Below are positions 57,717 to 64,000 of a DNA stretch of 64,000 nucleotides, one piece after another. The notes under the pieces were generated by a model. The model saw only the letters and a program-made list of their open reading frames with translations, was not told the DNA's origin and made no database searches. The DNA is from Vicinamibacterales bacterium (GTDB lineage: Bacteria > Acidobacteriota > Vicinamibacteria > Vicinamibacterales > UBA823): positions 108,327 through 172,326 of the forward strand of contig DASCOS010000002.1 in the NCBI GenBank assembly GCA_036012125.1, in the 5' to 3' direction. Position 1 is the stretch's first letter, and the number at the start of each line of letters is the position of its first letter. The translations under genes were made by a program, and so were the position numbers.

Positions 57717-57974
57717 ACCCTTATTCCTCCGATCTTCCCTCGGCCAAACTTCCGGCCTTTCCAACAACTTCAAAGCCGGATTGCGCTGTCTTGGTGTCAC
57801 GATTCACCCGACACCAGGGTCGGCGCAAAGAGCGCCAAGTGTGGTGCATTCCTAGAAGGAAGTCAAGCTAACGGCAGACTTTACCGGCATTCGAGACATC
57901 ATGGTTGGACGGTGGTGACGACTTCTGACTACCCGATCATAAATTAGCGCTCTATAATTCGAGAAAGCCCATAT

Positions 57975-58163
57975 CTATCCAGAGATTGGCGCTGTTCTAG
58001 GAGTAGCCGGCTTTGGAGGTGGGTAGGTGGTCCAAAAGTGTCGGCCACACCGTGAGCAGACCCAAAACTGCTGCGGCTTCCACTCCGCACCAGGGGAGGG
58101 GTCAGCCATGTCCATCTGGGTACCGCACCGCTGGCATCTAATTTGGATGGAAACATCAGGCAT
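57975..58163 (-). CDS. Small (62 aa) zinc-ribbon protein, possibly leaderless
   Basis: MPDVSIQIRCQRCGTQMDM...WVCSRCGRHFW has a CxxC-x27-CxxC pattern and a Pro-rich tail. An extended -10 (TGTTAGAAT, 58178-58170) ends 6 nt before the ATG, and there is no SD. I prefer it over the overlapping 81-aa alternate-frame ORF. Confidence 0.45.
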   Translation of the reverse strand: MPDVSIQIRCQRCGTQMDMADPSPGAEWKPQQFWVCSRCGRHFWTTYPPPKPATPRTAPISG

Positions 58164-58260
58164 GCCAAGATTCTAACACGATGGCTCACGCCAACGACCT
58201 ACGCCCAAGGACTGCTAGACTGGTAATAGTGTCTGCCCTTGGTTTACTAGAGGCCTCGTC

Positions 58261-58881
58261 ATGATCCCTGGTGTGATCCTAGCAGGTGGTGCGTCATCCA
58301 GGATGGGGCGCGCCAAAGCTCTACTGCCTACTGCCAACGAAGGTCAGACTTTTCTTTCCCAGCTCGTGAGAACACTTTGGGCCGGTGGCGTGGATGACGT
58401 TGTGGTCGTGGTTTCGTCAACGTCTGGAGATGTTGAGCGTGTACTCTCCAAGGAGTCGCTAAGTTGTCGCCTTGTCGTAAATCATCAGCCCGAGCGTGGC
58501 CAGATTTCGTCAGTGCTTACTGCATTAGCCGCAATCGACAGACCTGGAGTGACAGGCATGCTGGTCACCCTAGTCGACGTTCCGTTAGTGAGTCCGGAGA
58601 CGATAAGCCGTATCCTTGCAGCGTTTCGCACCCGACACGGGCCGGTTGTACGACCAGCCTCCGGCGCTAAGCACGGTCACCCTGTGGTGTTTGGTCGGGA
58701 GGTGTTCGACGATCTGCGACAGGCCGATCAATCTGTCGGGCTCAAATCCGTCATCCGTGCTCATGAGGCGGCCATTATCAACGTTCCCATCGATGACCCA
58801 GGTGCATTCATCGATATTGATGACCCCGAAGATTACGTGCGATTTATCGGCCCTTGGCCATTTAGCAAGTCGTTGCGTTGA
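58261..58881 (+). CDS. MobA/MocA-like nucleotidyltransferase (molybdenum-cofactor nucleotidylyltransferase family)
   Basis: 206 aa. The N-terminal GVILAGGASSRMGRAKALL and LVTLVDVPLV match the MobA-like NTP-transferase pattern. Confidence 0.72.
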   Translation: MIPGVILAGGASSRMGRAKALLPTANEGQTFLSQLVRTLWAGGVDDVVVVVSSTSGDVERVLSKESLSCRLVVNHQPERGQISSVLTALAAIDRPGVTGMLVTLVDVPLVSPETISRILAAFRTRHGPVVRPASGAKHGHPVVFGREVFDDLRQADQSVGLKSVIRAHEAAIINVPIDDPGAFIDIDDPEDYVRFIGPWPFSKSLR

Positions 58882-58931
58882 TTGGGACTGTTACGGTCAG
58901 ATAAGATGTACGCCTGCCGCGCGGCAGTTTG

Positions 58932-59007
58932 GGGCCAGTGGCGCAGTTGGGAGCGCGCGTGAATGGCATTCACGAGGTCACGGGTTCGACCCCCGTCTGG
59001 TCCACCA
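58932..59007 (+). tRNA. tRNA-Ala (anticodon GGC)
   Basis: The 76-nt sequence is GGGCCAGTGGCGCAGTTGGGAGCGCGCGTGAATGGCATTCACGAGGTCACGGGTTCGACCCCCGTCTGGTCCACCA. The acceptor GGGCCAG/CTGGTCC carries the G3:U70 Ala identity pair. The D arm is GCGC/GCGC, the anticodon stem CGTGA/TCACG with loop ATGGCAT, and the T arm ACGGG-TTCGACC-CCCGT. CCA is encoded. Confidence 0.93.
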
Positions 59008-59097
59008 TTTTTCCCTTCCTTTGACAATCGGTCTCAACCGAAGAGTCTTTCGACGTGTATCCTGCAGCTTTTCGGTTTCCGTCTAGTGATAAGCGAC

Positions 59098-60204
59098 TCA
59101 GTACTCCGAGAACATCCGACGAATTTCTGTAACATCGCTGGTTCTCGTCAAGGCCAACATCAGCAGAATGCGAGCCTTGAGTGGGGCTAGGTCTTGTGCG
59201 GCGATTCGATGAGCGATGCCCAGTCGGCGGCTTTCTGGCATGCCTTGTTCGAGTGGCGGTAGTTGGCGTGGTATGACGCGCCCGCTCCCGCTACGTGTGC
59301 TCATGACGGTGAATACACCTCGTTTGTGCGCGTAGGCCATTGCTTCGTTTTGGGTACCGCTCGTCGCACCAGCGCCGGCTGCTGCGACTACGATGCCATG
59401 AGCTCCGGCATCGACGACCGACTCGATCAAGTCCCCGGAAGCGCCCTGGTAGACCAAAATTACGTCAACGCGAGGCAATTCCGTGACGCCAGCCAGATCA
59501 AATTCGCTCCGGTAAGTGTGACGGCGCAACATGTTACGGTAGTAAACGACACCATCGCGGTCCACGAGGCCAAGGACTCCATAACCTCTTGTTGCGAATG
59601 TGTGTAGACGCAGAGAGTCGGTCTTGGTCACCTCTCGGGCTGAATTGATTTCCCCATTGAGCACGACGAGGGCACCTTTACCACGAGATTGAGGTGCGGC
59701 CGCTACACGAAACGCCTGCTGCAGGTTCGCCGCGCCCTCATATCCGAGCGTACTTGGATTGCGCATCGCGCCCACCACGACGACGGGACGTTCACTTCTG
59801 ACCGTCAGATGCAAGAAATAAGCTGTTTCTTCAAGCGTGTCGGTTCCGCTCGTGACGACAACGCCAGCCAATCCTGGGTCCTCGGCAAGGACGTGGTTCA
59901 CGCGCCGCGAGAGTTGTAGCCATTGGTTCAGTGTTAGCCGGGAACTTGAGACATTAGCGAACTGTTCCGCCTCGACCTGCGCGTAGTTGGTCAGGTTCGG
60001 AACGAGCTCAATAAGTTCTTTAGCCGTTAGGCGGCCACCCTCCCGATTCGAAATCGTTCCGCCAGTGGCGATCAAACGCACGCGGGCCGAAGCCATTTCT
60101 TGTGCCGCTATGGAGGTTCCAGTCAGTAGAACTGCGACAAGAACCAGAATGAAAGCCTGGACAACACGCCCCATGGACTCTCCCTTCGATGTCCCGCCAA
60201 GCAA
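59098..60204 (-). CDS. Periplasmic L-asparaginase (type II family)
   Basis: 368 aa. A signal peptide follows Met-11 (60174). Catalytic motifs are IATGGTIS and VVVTSGTDTLEETAYFL. Confidence 0.88.
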   Translation of the reverse strand: MLGGTSKGESMGRVVQAFILVLVAVLLTGTSIAAQEMASARVRLIATGGTISNREGGRLTAKELIELVPNLTNYAQVEAEQFANVSSSRLTLNQWLQLSRRVNHVLAEDPGLAGVVVTSGTDTLEETAYFLHLTVRSERPVVVVGAMRNPSTLGYEGAANLQQAFRVAAAPQSRGKGALVVLNGEINSAREVTKTDSLRLHTFATRGYGVLGLVDRDGVVYYRNMLRRHTYRSEFDLAGVTELPRVDVILVYQGASGDLIESVVDAGAHGIVVAAAGAGATSGTQNEAMAYAHKRGVFTVMSTRSGSGRVIPRQLPPLEQGMPESRRLGIAHRIAAQDLAPLKARILLMLALTRTSDVTEIRRMFSEY

Positions 60205-60228
60205 GCGGCCTAGGCCTTGGGACCGGAT

Positions 60229-60444
60229 TTATACTGACTTCTGCGCTTTACGATGAGCAAGTGTCAACCAGTTGGTCAGCTGCTGCGCCGCCTCATCTGG
60301 CGTGTCGCCATAGAATGGCATAAGTGCCGACGCGCCAGCCCGCACGCCACCGAGTCTGGCGCACCAAGTCGTCCGACTGACTAGAGACACCTCAATCTCA
60401 TATTCGCGTCCGTTGATGACTTCTTCGAAGCGTTGAACGATCAC
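60229..60444 (-). CDS. Hypothetical small protein (71 aa)
   Basis: ORF only, with no recognisable motif. It lies on the same strand as, and just upstream of, the asparaginase gene. Confidence 0.3.
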   Translation of the reverse strand: MIVQRFEEVINGREYEIEVSLVSRTTWCARLGGVRAGASALMPFYGDTPDEAAQQLTNWLTLAHRKAQKSV

Positions 60445-60772
60445 GGTGATGAATAAAGAGTTATCAATTGGCCAAATAAGTGAGATGCCGATTCTATTCG
60501 TTCACCGATCCTGGTCAAGCGGAAGAAATGTCGAAAGGGTAGTCGTAGGTCGTAATTGGATTGCATTGCGCAGAAACAGTAATAACTAAGAAAATGTAAT
60601 CAGGATATTGTTCACAGGGTATTCACGTTTCTTCCACACTTTTTCAACAGTTGGTGTGACCTCGTCTGAGCTGTGACCTACTTTGTCACCTTGTGGTGGC
60701 ATTCTTAGTCTGGATTAAGTGTAACCACCTAATAGAAGTGATGGTTCGCCGTTTGGGAAGGAAGCACATAAC

Positions 60773-63727
60773 TTGGGAATAGAGGCGGTCACTCCTCGAC
60801 GCACCCGCCTTCTTAGGGCGCAGGATCTTCAGTCTTTTCAACGTGCCATCGTTGACACTATCGCGCGCCCAGGTCAGACAGAGCCTGAATCTAGCGCCGT
60901 GATCGTGCCTTCCCGGTCCGCCGCTACCCAACTCCGGTACACCATCGAAGCACTGACCAACAGTAGCGAGCAGTTTTCTGCATTACTCACACGCTCTGAG
61001 TGGTACGCGTGCTTGCATCAACGCCTCCCGGGCTCACCTCCTGCACTTTCGGACTGTGAGCGAGAATTCCTGCTAGCTGAAGCTGCAAGAGACACTGTTG
61101 CCAGTGGTGTTTCGCCGCCATTCATCATTAGGCCAGGTCTGGTTGGGAAAATGCTGGCGTTCTACGATGCGCTCCGTCGGCAGCGGCGAACCTTAGGTGA
61201 TTTTTCGAGGCTAGCTGTTGGAGAACTGGAGCCCAGTGCACCAATCGATCGTGGTGCGGCACGGATGCTTGACCAGACGAATTTTCTTGTCGACGCCTTT
61301 ACGGAGTTTGAGGCGCGCGTCACAGCGACGGCTCGACTAGATGAGCACCAACTTCGGGCACGGCTCCTCACGGATGTCTGCCAACCACCGTTTCAACACA
61401 TCGTTATAACCGTAGGCGAACAACCCGTTTCGACGGATGGTCTCTGGCTCGCCGATTTCGATCTTCTGACCCGGATGCCTCATCTTGAGCAGATTGACGT
61501 TGTGGTGACTGAGGAATTGCTCGCGTGTGGTTTCCTTGAGCGAATCCACGAACTCTTGCCTGGCATTAGAGAAGAGCGTGTTGAGACCTCACAAAGTCGT
61601 CAGCCGAGTCTGGAAACACCTGTCGATGCGGAGAAGACCTATTTTGTCCACCGTGACCGCGAAGAGGAGCTGTGGGCAATCGCGAGGCGCTTGAAAAAGG
61701 ATCGTCTCACCGACGCCGCTCAGGAAACCGCAGCTGACGGTGGGGTCGGCGTCGTCTTTCAGCGTCCTTTGCCTTACTTATATCTCGCTGAGCAAATCTT
61801 CGGTGGGTCGAAGATTTCTTTCGAGACAGCACACGGATTTCCACTTGCGGCCGAGCCTTATGCGGCGTTCGTTGACCTTGTCCTGGACGTCGTGATCTCC
61901 AAGTTCGCTAGGGACGATCTGACCGCGTTGCTAAGATCGCCGCATTTGCCCTTAGCCAGTTGTAATGACGACGGCAAGGTCACTCCGCTGTCGGCGGAGT
62001 CCATAAGCGTGCTCAGCCGAAATTTAGAGCAGGCCGGGCACGTTGGGGGGCGAGATGGCTTGAACCAACTCGCCGACTCTTGGCATCAGCGCTCCGATGC
62101 CGAAGAACTTCGCCACCCGTTGAATACTGCGTTGGCGATCGTTGATGCCTTGGCTCCACTTGAGATTGTTTCCTCCGCATCCGAGGAATGGCATATTTTG
62201 CTCACCTTCCTCAAGAGGGGTGACCCTGTGAATGTTGGGTTGGAGGCTGAACGGGAGCGACAGAGTCGAGTCCGCGAGGCAGTCTACAGCGTCATCGGAC
62301 AGTTAGAGAAGGCTGCCAAAGTATCCGCCGGTCCTTCGGTAACCCCGAGCGAGTTGAAAGCAAGCTTTCGCCGTCGGATCGAAGCAGAGGTATTCACGCC
62401 CCATTACGATCGAGGTGGCGTACGTTTCGTCGATGCCGCAGCGGCCAAGTATGGGCGCTTCCGGGTTCTATGCGTCGTTGGTTTGGTTCATGGCGAATGG
62501 GCCACTATGCCTCCGCGTAATGTCTTTTACCCCACGACCATACTTCAGCAACTAGGATGGCCTAGTGACGCACAAGTAACACAAATTGGCCGAGCGGAGT
62601 TCAGGGACTTATTATTCTTGCCTACTCGACACGTTAGGCTTTCGACCTTTCAACTGGAGCACGATACGCTTGCTACGCCGGCCACACTTCTCGAGGACGC
62701 ACCCGAGGTCGAACTTTCATTAAGTCTTGAGCCCCAATTTCAAATCAATCGAGTCAGTGCCACTGATATGTTTGCCGGTGGACCGATTGTACCGTCAGTA
62801 GTCTCTGGTGAAGTTAGGCAATGGCTGTTGGCACGGCATTCGACTTGCACTGAGCCGGAGCCGATGCCTGGCGTCATTAGCGCTCTCGAGCCACGGCCCT
62901 ACACGGTGAGTCGTGTTGAGCAATATCTTAACTGTCCGTTCAAGTACTTTTGCGGGTCGGTACTGCAACTCGATGAAGAGCATGATCTCACTCCAACTCT
63001 CACCAGGCGCGCGCAGGGAGAGTTACTTCATGAGATTCTTCGGAAGTTCGTTGAGGCATGGCAAGCTCTCGGTCATTTCGGTTTTGCGGTGGAAGATATC
63101 GACGCTGCGCTCACCCTTGCCCAGCGGATTGTTGACCAAGAATTGAAAGTGTTGTCCCCGGTAGATCGCCAGCTTGCGCGGAATCGCCTTCTAGGTTCGG
63201 CTGCAGGAACAGGACTAGTTGAACGGTTCATTAGAGTTGAAACTGGTCGCTTGGGCGAAGTTATCGAGTCGCAGGTCGAGCGGCCATTCAGCGGGGAGTT
63301 CGAGTTCCTCGACCGTGCTGGGGCCAAGCGCCGCGTTGGTATACGCGGAGTTGCTGACCGAGTTGATTTTCTCTCCGACGGCTCGGTCCGAGTCATTGAT
63401 TACAAACTCGGTAGACCACCGAAAAGCGGGCGAGCGATTCAACTTCCGGTCTATATGACGTGTGTTGACCAGGATCTCGCAAGAGATCGAAAACAGTCGT
63501 GGCGGTCAGGCGAAGCAGCCTATGTCGCCTTTGGAGCTTCAGAGCCCAGGGTGCCAATATTCACTTCTGGCGATGGCGGGGAATCGGTTCTGAATGAGGG
63601 TCAGGCGCGGTTCCTCGAGGCCGTTGATGGTATCGAGAGCGGTGAACTTCCGCCGCGTCCTGCGGAGGATCGGCTCTGCTCGTCGTGTGGTTTTGCCGCT
63701 GTCTGTCGAAAGGGGAAGCGAGTTTGA
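60773..63727 (+). CDS. addB: AddB-like subunit of a helicase-nuclease complex, with a PD-(D/E)XK nuclease domain and Fe-S Cys cluster
   Basis: 984 aa with a TTG start. The C-terminal region has YLNCPFKYF, nuclease motif GIRGVADRVDF...VIDYKLG, and CSSCGFAAVC (a 1+3 Cys arrangement, as in the AddB iron staple). I saw no Walker A motif in the N-terminal part. It is followed by a UvrD-like gene through a TTGA overlap. Confidence 0.72.
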   Translation: MGIEAVTPRRTRLLRAQDLQSFQRAIVDTIARPGQTEPESSAVIVPSRSAATQLRYTIEALTNSSEQFSALLTRSEWYACLHQRLPGSPPALSDCEREFLLAEAARDTVASGVSPPFIIRPGLVGKMLAFYDALRRQRRTLGDFSRLAVGELEPSAPIDRGAARMLDQTNFLVDAFTEFEARVTATARLDEHQLRARLLTDVCQPPFQHIVITVGEQPVSTDGLWLADFDLLTRMPHLEQIDVVVTEELLACGFLERIHELLPGIREERVETSQSRQPSLETPVDAEKTYFVHRDREEELWAIARRLKKDRLTDAAQETAADGGVGVVFQRPLPYLYLAEQIFGGSKISFETAHGFPLAAEPYAAFVDLVLDVVISKFARDDLTALLRSPHLPLASCNDDGKVTPLSAESISVLSRNLEQAGHVGGRDGLNQLADSWHQRSDAEELRHPLNTALAIVDALAPLEIVSSASEEWHILLTFLKRGDPVNVGLEAERERQSRVREAVYSVIGQLEKAAKVSAGPSVTPSELKASFRRRIEAEVFTPHYDRGGVRFVDAAAAKYGRFRVLCVVGLVHGEWATMPPRNVFYPTTILQQLGWPSDAQVTQIGRAEFRDLLFLPTRHVRLSTFQLEHDTLATPATLLEDAPEVELSLSLEPQFQINRVSATDMFAGGPIVPSVVSGEVRQWLLARHSTCTEPEPMPGVISALEPRPYTVSRVEQYLNCPFKYFCGSVLQLDEEHDLTPTLTRRAQGELLHEILRKFVEAWQALGHFGFAVEDIDAALTLAQRIVDQELKVLSPVDRQLARNRLLGSAAGTGLVERFIRVETGRLGEVIESQVERPFSGEFEFLDRAGAKRRVGIRGVADRVDFLSDGSVRVIDYKLGRPPKSGRAIQLPVYMTCVDQDLARDRKQSWRSGEAAYVAFGASEPRVPIFTSGDGGESVLNEGQARFLEAVDGIESGELPPRPAEDRLCSSCGFAAVCRKGKRV

Positions 63728-64000
63728 CGTCTGACCCACGCGTTTCGCGGCGTCCAAATCCAGGAAGCGCCCTGCCGGCAAAGGCTAGGCAGCTTGCTGC
63801 AGATCCATCACGTAACCTAGTACTCGAGGCATCGGCGGGTACCGGAAAGACGACAGTGCTGGTCGAGCGTTACCTTAATTTACTCCGAGCTGGTGTCGAT
63901 CCTTCTAACGTGTTAGCGGTCACTTTTACCCGAAAGGCTGCGGTCGAGATGCGGGAGCGAATCTTCGATGAACTCCGGAACGCGGCCGACCATTCAGAGG
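63724..64000 (+). CDS. addA: UvrD/AddA-type helicase, N-terminal fragment (continues beyond the window)
   Basis: Hand translation from TTG 63724 gives (M)TSDPRVSRRPNPGSALPAKARQLAADPSRNLVLEASAGTGKTTVLVERYLNLLRAGVDPSNVLAVTFTRKAAVEMRERI. It contains a Walker A and UvrD motif Ia, and the frame is open to 64000. Confidence 0.8.
   Translation, partial: MTSDPRVSRRPNPGSALPAKARQLAADPSRNLVLEASAGTGKTTVLVERYLNLLRAGVDPSNVLAVTFTRKAAVEMRERIFDELRNAADHSE

Noticed and set aside
57944-58189. An 81-aa ORF overlapping the zinc-ribbon mini-gene in another frame
   Set aside because: It has no motif. The 62-aa frame has a paired CxxC signature and a promoter-start geometry.
60610-60626. GTTC-N7-ATTC, a direct-repeat-like element resembling GTTC-N7-GTTC SOS boxes, upstream of addB
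   Set aside because: Only one half matches. That box type belongs to a specific lineage I cannot tie to this organism, and there is no second copy in the window.

Overview
This is a dense 64-kb chromosomal segment with about 60 protein genes on both strands and 2 tRNAs. By eye the GC content is in the mid-50s percent (not computed). The host is a diderm bacterium, because LptD, TonB/ExbB/ExbD and Lgt/LspA are present. I cannot assign a phylum from the sequence alone.

The content is almost entirely core housekeeping, with several classical gene orders:
- tgt-yajC-secD-secF
- ileS-lspA-lgt-rluD
- prfA-prmC
- accD-folC (continuing into lptD and a dTDP-sugar cluster)
- tonB-exbB-exbD-exbD

Other recognisable genes are glyA, rpiB, ddl, uppP, hppA, relA/spoT, rpmB, lon, thiD, moaE/moaD, bioY, class I fumarase, erpA, an asparaginase, and addB/addA-like genes at the right edge.

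I found no rRNA, CRISPR array, transposase or integrase, prophage genes, or recognisable defence or toxin-antitoxin modules. I do not see a convincing novel multi-gene system.

The observations most worth a second look are:
1. Two tandem, unannotated 20-22-aa poly-lysine mini-ORFs at 18.9-19.2 kb. Each has its own terminator, and the differences between the copies fit a coding sequence under selection.
2. A single 329-aa protein that fuses a Fur-family DNA-binding domain to a rubrerythrin/ferritin-like di-iron domain. It sits among Fe-S-related genes.
3. A well-formed tRNA-Sec (selC). FdhE-like, MoaDE and MobA/MocA-like accessory genes are scattered nearby, but no selenoprotein gene is visible.
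4. An intact Rossmann-fold sugar reductase with no in-frame ATG/GTG/TTG ahead of its N-terminal domain. An ATT start coupled to rfbB is likely.
5. A lipoprotein that fuses HEAT repeats to a cyclophilin domain.
6. A MoaD with four residues after its Gly-Gly end.

All functional calls come from motif recognition by eye on the supplied translations. No searches were run.
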